Counted from the stretch's first letter, positions 1 to 9,245 are shown. The stretch: DNA of 64,000 bases from an uncultured Anaerolineae bacterium (GCA_964603985.1 CAZRXG010000015.1:11957-75956); one strand, 5' to 3'. Numbers and translations: made by a program. The notes: generated from the letters alone by a model not told the origin.

Positions 1-63
1 GCGAGCGGTATTGGTGACACACCCGGAGCCAGTGGAACCGGTGGGGAAAAATGGAGCGGGGGA

Positions 64-792
64 ATGTCCGAGATCACGGAAGGCGTGAAGCCGACGATAA
101 GCTCGTTGGGCGACCTCAACCGGGAGCGTTGCGGGTTCGTCATTTTGTTCTTTGCGTTGATATGCCTCGTGGGTGCTCTGTTAGTTGGGACGTTCATATG
201 GGCCGCCGGGGCCGCAATCAATGTGATCCTAAGTGTCATCTTGATCGCCGCAGCACTCGCCAGAGTCGCCCTGGTCTTCATATTTGCCAGCAGAATCGGG
301 ATGCAGCGCGGAGCACTGTTCAGCTTTATCGCTTTCTGGCCGGTTATCTACTGGGCCGCTTTCTTCGCCGTCGTCGGCTTCGCCCCCGATCACCTGAAGA
401 AGGGCGAAGAGGAGCCAAAGGTGGTCTATTCTCTGATCGGCTGGGGAGTGATCGCCGAGTTGTGGCTCGTGCCATTGGGGCTTATGGGCCTCCTGCTTTT
501 GAGCAATCCCGATTACGCGAGTAAGCTTTTTCTCGGCCCACCAGTTGGCGCATACATGCCAGGGTTATCTATCCCCTGCGGGTGGCCGATTCTCGCGCTG
601 CTGCTCGTGCTTCTAAGTCTGGGATCTGTTTCCTCATGGCTCGGTGCCTGCAAAAGGTACGTGCGGGGAGGGTGGCTGGCACTTCTAATTATGCTGCTTC
701 AAGTGTACGTTATATTCCCCTCCCTCTGGATCGTTACAGTTGGCCCGGCAGCAGTGCAGCTTTACAAGGTTTTTACACTCGAACAGTACTGA
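64..792 (+). CDS. hypothetical polytopic membrane protein (242 aa)
   Basis: Complete ORF in the track. Several hydrophobic helices (FVILFFALICLVGALLVGTFIW, WPILALLLVLLSLGSV, LALLIMLLQVYVIF). No family recognised. Confidence 0.55.
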   Translation: MSEITEGVKPTISSLGDLNRERCGFVILFFALICLVGALLVGTFIWAAGAAINVILSVILIAAALARVALVFIFASRIGMQRGALFSFIAFWPVIYWAAFFAVVGFAPDHLKKGEEEPKVVYSLIGWGVIAELWLVPLGLMGLLLLSNPDYASKLFLGPPVGAYMPGLSIPCGWPILALLLVLLSLGSVSSWLGACKRYVRGGWLALLIMLLQVYVIFPSLWIVTVGPAAVQLYKVFTLEQY

Positions 793-835
793 CTTTATCA
801 CCGACCAAGCCTGGGTAGCTCACCGGAGTGACACC

Positions 836-1831
836 GTGATCGAAACCATTCGCAAACTGGCAGCGGCCTACGGCCCCAGCGGACACGAAGACCAGATCCG
901 TGCCTTGATCCTCGACGAGATCACCGGCCTGGTCGATGAAAAGCCGACCGTCGATGCGATGGGCAACGTCATCGCCTGGAGGCGCGGCGGCAAGACAGAC
1001 GCGCCGATGGTCATGCTCTCGGCCCACATGGACGAGATCGGCGTGATGGTCACCCACATCGATGAGGATGGCTTCTTGCGCTTCACCCACATTGGTGGGG
1101 TGCTGGCCGTCTCGTTGGTTGGCAACCGGGTGCGCTTCGCCGATGGCACCGTCGGCGCGATCTACGTCGAGAGGCGTGACAACACTGGCAGCGTCCCCGC
1201 GCTGAGCCAGCTTTACATCGACGTGAGCGATGGCAGTGGCAAACATGCCGTCAAGGTCGGCGATGCGGCGGGCTTCGTGCGTGATCTGGTGGTGCGAGGT
1301 GACAGGTTAACCGCCAAGAGCCTGGATGACCGCGCGGGGTGCGCTGTCCTGATTGAGGTGCTGCGCGGCCTCAAGGACTCCCCCAATGACGTGGCCTTCG
1401 TCTTCACCGTGCAGGAGGAGGTTGGATCGCGTGGTGCGCAGACTGCTGCCTATGCCATAGACCCTGACGTTGGCATCGCGGTTGACGTGACCCGCACCGG
1501 TGACACGCCCAAAGACCGGACGATGGACGTGGTGTTGGGCAAAGGTCCGGCCATCAAGATCAAGGATGGGCGCATGCTGGCCGCGCCGGAGGTGGTTGAC
1601 CTGCTGGAGAAGGCCGCCCGGAAGGCCAGAGTCCCCTGCCAGCGAGAGGTGCTGCTCAGTGGTGGGACCGACGCTGCCGCGATGCAGCTTGTGCGGGCGG
1701 GCGTCCGTGCGGGCTGCCTGAGCGTCCCCTGCCGTTACGTCCACACCACCAGTGAGACGGTGGACATCAATGACGTGCAGAATGCGGTCAAACTGCTGGT
1801 CGCGCTGCTGGAGGGGCCGGTCAAGGTGTAG
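836..1831 (+). CDS. M42 family metallopeptidase (FrvX / glutamyl-aminopeptidase-like)
   Basis: ORF 740..1831. Motifs YGPSGHEDQIR, SAHMDEIG, DDRAGC and FTVQEEVGSRGA are typical of M42. Start moved to the in-frame GTG at 836, which is preceded by GGAG, because 740-835 overlaps the upstream gene. Confidence 0.8.
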   Translation: MIETIRKLAAAYGPSGHEDQIRALILDEITGLVDEKPTVDAMGNVIAWRRGGKTDAPMVMLSAHMDEIGVMVTHIDEDGFLRFTHIGGVLAVSLVGNRVRFADGTVGAIYVERRDNTGSVPALSQLYIDVSDGSGKHAVKVGDAAGFVRDLVVRGDRLTAKSLDDRAGCAVLIEVLRGLKDSPNDVAFVFTVQEEVGSRGAQTAAYAIDPDVGIAVDVTRTGDTPKDRTMDVVLGKGPAIKIKDGRMLAAPEVVDLLEKAARKARVPCQREVLLSGGTDAAAMQLVRAGVRAGCLSVPCRYVHTTSETVDINDVQNAVKLLVALLEGPVKV

Positions 1832-1838
1832 ACTCCCC

Positions 1839-4286
1839 GTGAGCGCCCGCAATGCAACGTCCCACCCCCGGCTCCCGGTCACCACGTTGCTGGCCGTCGG
1901 GCTGCTCTCGGCGGCGATGCTGTCCTTTGAGCTGACGCTGACGCGCCTGTTCGCCGTCGCGCAGTTCTACCACTTTGCTTTCATGGTGATCAGCCTGGCG
2001 CTGCTGGGCCTGGGTGCGGCAGGCTCGCTGTTGAGCGTGTGGCCGAGCCTGGGTGAACACCCCGCCCGGTGGGCGGTGGGCCTTGCGCTGGCGACGTTGG
2101 TAAGTTATGCCATCCTCAACCTGATCCCCTTTGACTCGTATGCCATTGCATGGGACCGCCGTCAGGCGCTTTACCTGGTGCTGACCTTCGCCGGGGCGGC
2201 GCTGCCCTTCGTGTTCGGTGGGTTGGTAGTCGGTGGGCTGCTGGCCGCAGACGTGCGTGGCCTGCATCGCGTCTATGCCGCCAATTTGGCCGGGTCGGCG
2301 TTGGGCTGTGTCGTCGTGCTGCCGCTGCTCGGTTGGTTGGGTGGTGAGGGTGCGTTGTTCGCCGGGGCTGCGTTGGGGCTGGTGGGGGCCGCGTTGTTCG
2401 GCATCGGGCGTGCCGATGGGGGGCGGAGGATCGGGGAACTGGTTGGGGTCGGGGCTGGCATCGTCGCCCTGCTCGTCCTGGCGGTCGCACGCCCGGAGTG
2501 GGCGGCCATCCGGCTCTCGCCTTACAAGGGGCTGCATCAGGCGCTGCTCGCCCCCACTGCCGATCACACCGTATCGGAGTGGGGGATCGTGGCGCGCGTG
2601 GACGTGGTTGAGAGTGACTCGATCCACATCATGCCCGGCCTCAGCCAGAATGCGCTGATCGCTTACCCGCCGCGACAGGCCGGGCTGACGCTCGATGGGG
2701 ACAATCTGATGCCGATCACCGCGCTTGCGCCTGAAGATGAATTAGCCCGCGCGCTGGCTGCCAACGTCCCCCAGGCGGTGGTGACCGCGCTGCGCCCTGC
2801 CCCGGCGTCGGTCTTGATTCTGGAGCCGGGTGGTGGATGGGACGTGCTGTTGGCGCTGGCGGGCGGTGCGGAGTCGGTGATGGTCGTCGAGCGCAGTCCG
2901 CTCGTCGTGAGCGTCCTGCGGGACGATTATGCCGATTTCACACGCCGCCTGTACGATGACCCGCGCGTGATGGTCGTCGTGGCCGAGGGGCGCACTTACG
3001 TTCGTCGCACCGAGCGGCGCTTTGACGTGATCGTCCTCTCGTTGAGTGATTCGTTTCACCCGGTCACATCGGGAGCTTACAGCCTGAGTGAGGATTATCG
3101 CTACACCGTCGAGGCGGTCGGTGATGCGCTGGATCACCTTGCGCCGGGGGGGGTGCTGGTCATGATGCGCTGGTTACAAACCCCGCCCACAGAGTCGCTG
3201 CGCGCGCTGGGGACGGTTGAGGCTGCGCTCCGTGCCCGTGACGTGGAGCGCCCTGCCGATCACATTGCTGCGCTGCGTGGCATGCGCACCATGACCTTCG
3301 TCGTAGGTGAGCAGCCGCTCGGCGCTGCCGACCGGGGGGCAATCCGCGCCTTTGCCGCCTCGCGCGGTTATGACCTGGTCTGGTTGCCGGGCATCTCACC
3401 CGATGAGGTCAATCTCCGCAGTCGCCTGCCTGAACCGGCTTATTACCTGGCCTTCGCTGCGCTGCTCGATGACCCGGTGGGCTTCGTGCGCGGCCACGAG
3501 TTTGACATCCGCCCGCCCACAGACGACCGGCCTTTCTTCTTCCACTACTTCCGTTGGCGGCAGACGCCGCGCGTGTTGGCCGAGTTGGGCCACACCTGGC
3601 AGCCCTTCGGTGGGAGCGGTTACTTTGTGCTGGTGGCGCTGCTCGTCCTGGTGACGATCCTGGCCGCGCTGGCGATTTTCGGGCCGCTGGTGGCCGGGAG
3701 AGTCCCCGCGCCGGGGCCTCGCCCTCACCGGCGGGGAGTGCGCGTCCGGGCGCTGGCTTACTTCTTCGCCCTGGGGTTGGCCTTCCTGTTCGTCGAGATC
3801 CCGCTCGCGCAGCGCTTCATCCTGTTCCTGGGCCAGCCGGTGACGGCGCTGTCGGTGGTGCTGTTCGCGATTCTGCTTTTTTCGGGGGTGGGCAGTCTGA
3901 GTGCGCCGCGCTGGTCGATCCGGGTCGCGTTGGGTGCGTTGGTGATTGCCGTGCTGCTGACGCCGCTCGTGCTGCGCGGCGTGTTCGCGCTGGCGCTGGG
4001 GTGGCCGCTCGCGGGGCGCGTTGCCGTCGCGATCCTCAGCCTGGCCCCGATGGGCGTGCTGATGGGCGTGCCCTTCGCGCGAGGGATGGCCCTCGTTGAG
4101 GAGGCCGCGCCCGGCCTGACGCCCTGGGCGTGGGCGATCAATGGCAGTGCGTCGGTCATCAGTGGGGTGTTGGCGGTCATGGCTGCGCTGAGCTGGGGGT
4201 TCTCGGTGGTGCTGTGGGTGGGCGCGGGGACATACGCGTTGGCGCTGGTCGCCATCGGGGGGATGGACACGGCCCCCACCGGATAG
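1839..4286 (+). CDS. membrane-embedded spermidine synthase-like (aminopropyltransferase-fold) protein
   Basis: ORF 1752..4286, trimmed to the in-frame GTG at 1839 just after the upstream stop. Many TM helices at both ends. Central SAM-MTase/spermidine-synthase-like block: VLILEPGGGWDVLLAL...VMVVERSP...DPRVMVVVAEGRTYV...FDVIVLSLSD...LAPGGVLVM. Confidence 0.75.
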   Translation: MSARNATSHPRLPVTTLLAVGLLSAAMLSFELTLTRLFAVAQFYHFAFMVISLALLGLGAAGSLLSVWPSLGEHPARWAVGLALATLVSYAILNLIPFDSYAIAWDRRQALYLVLTFAGAALPFVFGGLVVGGLLAADVRGLHRVYAANLAGSALGCVVVLPLLGWLGGEGALFAGAALGLVGAALFGIGRADGGRRIGELVGVGAGIVALLVLAVARPEWAAIRLSPYKGLHQALLAPTADHTVSEWGIVARVDVVESDSIHIMPGLSQNALIAYPPRQAGLTLDGDNLMPITALAPEDELARALAANVPQAVVTALRPAPASVLILEPGGGWDVLLALAGGAESVMVVERSPLVVSVLRDDYADFTRRLYDDPRVMVVVAEGRTYVRRTERRFDVIVLSLSDSFHPVTSGAYSLSEDYRYTVEAVGDALDHLAPGGVLVMMRWLQTPPTESLRALGTVEAALRARDVERPADHIAALRGMRTMTFVVGEQPLGAADRGAIRAFAASRGYDLVWLPGISPDEVNLRSRLPEPAYYLAFAALLDDPVGFVRGHEFDIRPPTDDRPFFFHYFRWRQTPRVLAELGHTWQPFGGSGYFVLVALLVLVTILAALAIFGPLVAGRVPAPGPRPHRRGVRVRALAYFFALGLAFLFVEIPLAQRFILFLGQPVTALSVVLFAILLFSGVGSLSAPRWSIRVALGALVIAVLLTPLVLRGVFALALGWPLAGRVAVAILSLAPMGVLMGVPFARGMALVEEAAPGLTPWAWAINGSASVISGVLAVMAALSWGFSVVLWVGAGTYALALVAIGGMDTAPTG

Positions 4287-4303
4287 GGCTGCGCGCCGCC
4301 TTT

Positions 4304-4513
4304 CCCCATTGATGAACTTTGACCGTTTTATCCGGTCACCGTTTGCCCCCCCCCCCCCGCCCCCCCCCCCCCATACCCCCCCGGCCGCGCGGGGGGGGGG
4401 GGGGGAGGCAGACCGGCGGCCGGCGGGCGGGGGCGGTGCGGCGCACAGGTGGACGAAGCGAGCCGATCAGGCGACCGCCTGATTTGCGTCCACGTCTCGT
4501 TTAAGTTCGCAAA
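4304..4513 (+). repeat. MITE/REP-like intergenic element, copy A (homopolymer-expanded)
   Basis: Left end gaactttgaccgttttatccggtcaccgtttgcc and right end aagggactttg match copy B. The internal arms are expanded to C13-g-C13 ... C7 ... G15. Lies between convergent genes. Confidence 0.6.
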
Positions 4514-4537
4514 GGGACTTTGTGAATATTCCATCCC

Positions 4538-5395
4538 TCAGTAGCCCGCGCCGGTACCGCCGCTGCCGCCCAGCTTCACGACCACGGTGAAAGTGCGGCC
4601 CTGCCGCCACACGCGCAGGCGCACCGACTCGCCCTCTTCGTAGCGCTCCAGCGCGTCGTTCAACGTGTAGTCCTCGGTCAGATCGCGCCCGTCAATCGAC
4701 AGGATGATGTCGCCGGTAGCCAGACCGGCTGCCTCGGCAGGGCTGCCGCCGTGCAGGACGATGATCTGTGCCCCGTCGCTCACGTCGAAGGGATCGCCGG
4801 GCACCACCATGCGGTATTTGACGCCCAGCCGTGCCTCGCTGGGGGACTGATCCTGGTCGGGCGGCGGCGGCACGTAGTGTATGGTGGGCGTCGGCAGGGG
4901 CGGGATGGGGGTGACCGCCGCTCCAAACACGCCCAGCACGACGGTGTATTCGTGGATCATGCCGGGTGGACGGCGGATCACGACCATGATCTCGTCGCCC
5001 GTCTTGTGGCGCTCGATGATGCTGCGGGCCTGCGCCGCGCCGGTGATGTTCTTGCCGTCGATGGACAGCAGTTGGTCGCCGGTTTGCAGACCGGCCAGAT
5101 TCGCCGGGCCGCCCGCCTGCACCGGGTCGAGCACCACTTTGTTCCCCCGGTCCTCGATGATCGCGCCCAGCAGGTCGACGTACTCGACCCGAGGGCCGAA
5201 CAGACGACCGCCCAGGAAACCCATGATGCTGCCCGAAGCCAGCGCGACCAACACGATCACTGCCACCAGAATCCATATCCAGGTCGCCGTATTGGACGAG
5301 GTCGCGGGCGCGGTCTCCTCGACGCGTGGCAGGCGGCCTTCTGCCGCCTCGGTCGCGCGCCGATCCTTCTCTTGCGGGGTCAGGTCTTTACTCAC
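4538..5395 (-). CDS. membrane-anchored protein with two PDZ domains
   Basis: GTG start preceded by GAGGAAGGAGAG. One TM helix (WIWILVAVIVLVALASGSIMGF). Two PDZ signatures: GPANLAGLQTGDQLLSIDGKNI and SPAEAAGLATGDIILSIDGRDL. Confidence 0.8.
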   Translation of the reverse strand: MSKDLTPQEKDRRATEAAEGRLPRVEETAPATSSNTATWIWILVAVIVLVALASGSIMGFLGGRLFGPRVEYVDLLGAIIEDRGNKVVLDPVQAGGPANLAGLQTGDQLLSIDGKNITGAAQARSIIERHKTGDEIMVVIRRPPGMIHEYTVVLGVFGAAVTPIPPLPTPTIHYVPPPPDQDQSPSEARLGVKYRMVVPGDPFDVSDGAQIIVLHGGSPAEAAGLATGDIILSIDGRDLTEDYTLNDALERYEEGESVRLRVWRQGRTFTVVVKLGGSGGTGAGY

Positions 5396-5518
5396 GGGCC
5401 GCTCTCCTTCCTCACGCGTAACTGCTCACAACACGTCCTCACCGATCAAGACGAAAAAACCCCGCCCCAGGTTCCCCTGCGGCGGGTGTGCCGCACATGT
5501 GTCGCCGGGGTTGGCGGG

Positions 5519-6517
5519 TTAAGATTTGCGGCGTGTCCTCTTCGCCAGCTTCGACAACCGGCCTTTGGCAAAGTCGCCGATCAGCGACTCGAAGACCGCC
5601 GACACCACGAATGACCCCACCATGCCCCCCAGCGCGACTGCCATCTCGCCGACCGACCCGACCCGGTAGGAGAACGTCAGCACCGGTTTGAGGAACCGCC
5701 AGGCGGGTGGCACGTAGCTGAAGGTCACCGGGACGCGGGCACGCTGGACCCAGGTGACGGTCTCGCTGCGCAGGTAGGGATGCGTCTCCAGGCTTCTGGC
5801 AAGTCGGGCGTCGAAGAAGGAGCCGCGCGGGAAGTCCTGCAGCTCCACGCTGAGGGTGTCGTAATCCCGCTCGAACCGGTTCAGCCCTTCCGCGCGGAGA
5901 GCCTGCTCGACCAGGTCGCCCTCGCCAAAGGTGATCTCTTTCAGCAGCAGGCCGCGCTTCTCGCCCGTCACGGAAATCGTCGGCAGTGGCACGGAGAAGG
6001 GGGCGCTGCGCACCTCCCGCGCGCACACGCCCCAGTAGCCGTCGTCCAGGCCGGGCGCGAAGGCGGTGACGCTCCCCCCGACTTCGAGCGTCCCCGTGCG
6101 TATGTTCTCGCCCAGCACGACGATCTCGACGCCGGTCACGATGGCGTCCGGGCACGGCACGGCTTCCTGGGCTTCGGCCTCCATCTCTTCGATGGTCTCC
6201 TCCCGAGGGCCAGCCATGGGTGCCAGGAGCAGGGCACCGCCGCCTACGACGACCAGGCACAGCATCCCCACCGCGCCCAGTGCCACCAGCCACACCCACC
6301 ACCGGCGTTTGCGGACGCCCGCCTCCTTGCGCGCCCTGCGCCGCCTGGCGATGCCGACCACCAGCCGCCACGCGAGCCAGGCGATCACGATGCCCGCCAG
6401 CAGCGCCGTGCCCAGCGCGTAATCAACCGCGAAGAAGACCAGGGCCAGGGCCGCGACCGCCAGTAGAATGATCGCAATCAACCCCGCCGCTCTGGCCGTA
6501 TGTGCGCGCTCACTCAT
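5519..6517 (-). CDS. hypothetical membrane protein (332 aa)
   Basis: ATG preceded by AGGAGGAAG. N-terminal and C-terminal TM helices. Sits in an operon-like series with 6537..8684 and 4538..5395. Confidence 0.6.
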   Translation of the reverse strand: MSERAHTARAAGLIAIILLAVAALALVFFAVDYALGTALLAGIVIAWLAWRLVVGIARRRRARKEAGVRKRRWWVWLVALGAVGMLCLVVVGGGALLLAPMAGPREETIEEMEAEAQEAVPCPDAIVTGVEIVVLGENIRTGTLEVGGSVTAFAPGLDDGYWGVCAREVRSAPFSVPLPTISVTGEKRGLLLKEITFGEGDLVEQALRAEGLNRFERDYDTLSVELQDFPRGSFFDARLARSLETHPYLRSETVTWVQRARVPVTFSYVPPAWRFLKPVLTFSYRVGSVGEMAVALGGMVGSFVVSAVFESLIGDFAKGRLSKLAKRTRRKS

Positions 6518-6536
6518 CGTGCTTCCTCCTGGTGGG

Positions 6537-8684
6537 CTATGGTGCCCAGCGAATGTCGTACACGCCCGACAGGCCCTCGATCACGAACATCTCGCCGGTG
6601 GCCGGGTTGACGATCATCAACTGCCCGGCGAGCGTGCCGAACTCGTCTATGCGCCCTTCGGCCAGCCCGGCGATCAGCACCCCGTCCGGTGAGAGGACCG
6701 GCTGCTCCAGCACAATCGCGCCCGTCTCCGGCTGGAGATCGACAATTGGGACCGAGGAAGCTTTCTCCAGCAGCGCGCCGTAAATCTGCACGCTGGTCGG
6801 GCCGGTGGTGTAGGCCGGGCTGAGGCGTCTCAGCAGGGCCAGGCTTCCGTCGGGGCGCACCACCACGTCGGCGATGGGCAGGTCGAGCAGGTCAATAATC
6901 GTCGTCGGCGTCCCCGGCTCGACCAGCTTGAGCGTTGGCTCGCCGTAGTGGCCGCCCTCGTTGTAGACCATGACCAGCCCCTCGTCCGTCCACTTGGCCT
7001 GAGACTGGAAGAGGCCCAGCGTGGTCGGGTTGGGCCGCGTGCCCGTCGAGAGCAGGGCGAAGTCGTAGCCCTCGTAGAAGTTGACCTGCGCCAGCAGCCA
7101 CGCGCCGTCGGGTGACCACTGGGGGTGGCTGTAAATCCTGATCAGCTTTTCCTCGCCGTCTCGCGGGAGGGTATCGGCCACCAGACGGCGCTGCTCGCCC
7201 GTCTCCAGGTCGATGACCCACAGGCCGTTGTTGGCGTAGGCAACCTGCTTGGCGTCCGGCGAGAAGCCCAGTGTCCCCCCGACCGGTTCCGGCAGCGCGA
7301 TCACCTGTGAGACGGACAGCGTATCGACCGCCGCCCGGTAGATCACGCCCTCGCTGGTGTAGACGATCTCCGTCCCGTCCGGGGCGACGTCGTAGGCGGT
7401 GACATCGGAGATGGCGTCGGTGATCACCTCCGGTGGCTGGCCGTTGGATGGGAGCCGCCACACCTGCACCACGTCGTTCTTTGGGGCGAGGAAGTACAGG
7501 TCGGCGGGCAGCGGCAGGCTGGTCACGCTCTGTGGTGGGGGATCGCCCCAGCCGAAGCCGACCGGTGACCCCGCTGCCTCAAACGTCGCCTGTGCCCCCG
7601 TCAGCGCGTCGAGCAGCAGGATGGTCGTCGGGCCGTCGGGGTCGCGGCCTATCAGGCGGGTGGCGGTCGGGTTCCAGATGAAGTCCGCCGTCTGCACGGG
7701 CAGGTTGCCCTCCTGGTGGAAGCTCAGGTCTTCCGGGTCGCCCAGGTACAGAAAACCCGGCCCCTCGATGCCCTCGTCGTGCACGAAGAAGACCAGCGTC
7801 CCGTCGGGCTGCTGGCCCGGCAGTGAGACCTGCCGGTCCTGGCGCACCATGAAGGCCCGCGAGTCGAGGTCTTCTGGGTGGACCAACGCCAGCCCGCCCT
7901 CAGCCGGGGCGAAGGCCAGCCGCCCGTCGGCCAGCCAGGTGTAGCCGTTGATCGCGCCCAGCTCGACCCACAGCGCCAGCAGCGGGTCGGAGCGGTACAG
8001 CGTGGCGACGCCGTCCGCACGCCACGCCAGCAGCCACCCCGAATCGGCTGACCAGCCCAGGTCAACCAGCGGCTCCTCAGGCGCGTCGAAGACCAGCGGC
8101 CCGAAGTCCACGCCCGCGCCGGGGATGTACAGCCGGAAGCCGGTGCCGGTGGAGTAGGCTATCTTGCTGGCGTCCGGCGACCAGCATACCGTCTGCCCGC
8201 GCGCGTCTTCCGGCGGCGTGCCGATGCCGTTGTCGAGCATCTGGCCGCCGGTCCCCGTCAGCGAGGCGACGGCCAGGAACTCGTCGGTGCGGTAGAGCAG
8301 CCAGTCCCCGCCCGGTGCCACGTCGAAGTCACGCACCACCAGGTCGAGGCGCGTCACGGAAGCGGCTGCGTGCTCGTCCCCGGCCAGCGGCTGCCACCAC
8401 ACCTGCCCGGCGTCGTTCAGGTAGAACAGGTCGGCGGCCAGCGGCCAGGCCGTCATCAGGGGTGGCTCGGTGGGCGGCGGGGTCGGGGTGAGCGTCACCA
8501 GGTCGGCCGTCGGCGTGGGCGGCGGGGCCTCCATCGGCTCGACCTCGGTCTCGACTTCGGGTGGGGTGGCCGTCGCCGCAGAAACCGGTTCGCCGGGCGG
8601 CGCGTTGGGCGCGGCTCCCGGCATCTCCAGGATGCTGCACGCCGGTAACATCAGCAGGATTAGCACTGCAAGGGCTTTACGCAT
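6537..8684 (-). CDS. lipoprotein with TolB-like beta-propeller (WD40-like) repeats
   Basis: Lipobox MRKALAVLILLMLPAC. Pro/Thr-rich linker. Repeated motifs of the WSPDG.../FSPDAKQVAY type. Confidence 0.75.
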   Translation of the reverse strand: MRKALAVLILLMLPACSILEMPGAAPNAPPGEPVSAATATPPEVETEVEPMEAPPPTPTADLVTLTPTPPPTEPPLMTAWPLAADLFYLNDAGQVWWQPLAGDEHAAASVTRLDLVVRDFDVAPGGDWLLYRTDEFLAVASLTGTGGQMLDNGIGTPPEDARGQTVCWSPDASKIAYSTGTGFRLYIPGAGVDFGPLVFDAPEEPLVDLGWSADSGWLLAWRADGVATLYRSDPLLALWVELGAINGYTWLADGRLAFAPAEGGLALVHPEDLDSRAFMVRQDRQVSLPGQQPDGTLVFFVHDEGIEGPGFLYLGDPEDLSFHQEGNLPVQTADFIWNPTATRLIGRDPDGPTTILLLDALTGAQATFEAAGSPVGFGWGDPPPQSVTSLPLPADLYFLAPKNDVVQVWRLPSNGQPPEVITDAISDVTAYDVAPDGTEIVYTSEGVIYRAAVDTLSVSQVIALPEPVGGTLGFSPDAKQVAYANNGLWVIDLETGEQRRLVADTLPRDGEEKLIRIYSHPQWSPDGAWLLAQVNFYEGYDFALLSTGTRPNPTTLGLFQSQAKWTDEGLVMVYNEGGHYGEPTLKLVEPGTPTTIIDLLDLPIADVVVRPDGSLALLRRLSPAYTTGPTSVQIYGALLEKASSVPIVDLQPETGAIVLEQPVLSPDGVLIAGLAEGRIDEFGTLAGQLMIVNPATGEMFVIEGLSGVYDIRWAP

Positions 8685-8749
8685 CGCTGCTTCGCCTCAC
8701 TAAAAATAATACGACACCGGGTTCGGGCCGGGCGGCTCGCCGTCCCGGC

Positions 8750-8992
8750 TTACCCTCTGATGGCCTTCTTGAATGCTTTACGGATCTCGCCAACCTCGGC
8801 GTGACGACCCGTCCGCAGCTTACTGTAGACCAGATCGCCGTTGATCTCCACCTCGAAAGCGCCTCCCCCGCCGGGGATGAGCGTCCACTCGTCGATGTAG
8901 GACTCGAACTCCTGGAGGATGTTTTCCGTCATACTGACGGCGTAGGGGAGGTAGTGTCAAGCCGCGCAGTAGGTGATCGATACGGACAGCAT
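8750..8992 (-). CDS. Rdx family (SelW/SelT/SelH-like) selenoprotein with in-frame UGA = Sec at 8957-8959
   Basis: My own minus-strand reading: GAAGGAG-6nt-ATG(8992) MLSVSITYCAA-TGA-HYLPYAVS, then the 60-aa track ORF MTENILQEF...LIPGGGGAFEVEINGDLVYSK.... The C-x-x-U redox motif and the PG.GG.FEV block match the Rdx family. Confidence 0.8.
8926..8940 (-). promoter_or_regulatory. candidate bacterial SECIS hairpin
   Basis: CCGUCA-GUA-UGACGG, a 6-bp stem with G/U in the loop, starts 16 nt after the UGA. Confidence 0.35.
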
Positions 8993-9030
8993 GCGTTACT
9001 CCTTCGATGTGGGTGGTGATAACTGCCGCA

Positions 9031-9039
9031 AGTATAGCA
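9031..9039 (-). promoter_or_regulatory. extended -10 promoter (TGcTATACT) for the selenoprotein gene
   Basis: The minus strand reads cttGCTATACTtg, about 40 nt upstream of ATG 8992. Confidence 0.35.
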
Positions 9040-9107
9040 AGACCCGCCGGGAATCAAAAGACCGCGCTCGTGGTGCAGGCAAGTTCTTTTTCCTCCCGGC
9101 GCTCGAT

Positions 9108-9224
9108 GAGCTTTAACCGTTTAGTCCGGGCACCGTTTGCCCCCCACCCCCGCCCAGAGCAGCCAGACGAGCCACATCTCCGTCATGGCCGGATTAGGCT
9201 CAAGGTGTATAAGGGACTTTGCGG
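9108..9224 (+). repeat. MITE/REP-like intergenic element, copy B (short form)
   Basis: gagctttaaccgtttagtccgggcaccgtttgccccccaccccc ... gcagccagacgagccacatctccgtcatggccggattagg ... caaggtgtataagggactttgcgg. Lacks the central hairpin module. Confidence 0.65.
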
Positions 9225-9245
9225 CTGCGTGCCTGGAGGGGCATC

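Noticed and set aside
740-835. Upstream extensions of several track ORFs: 740-835, 1752-1838, 13854-13928, 29064-29294, 30720-30821, 50794-50904, 53566-53775, 57907-58017.
   Set aside because: The extensions overlap upstream genes or promoters, lack an SD, and have aberrant composition. Internal starts with good SD sequences and family-typical N-termini were preferred. Exact starts remain predictions.
4319-4534. ORFs 4319..4504 (+) and 4328..4534 (-) encoding poly-Pro/poly-Gly peptides.
   Set aside because: They are translations of the C13/C13/G15 homopolymer tracts inside repeat copy A. They are not credible genes.
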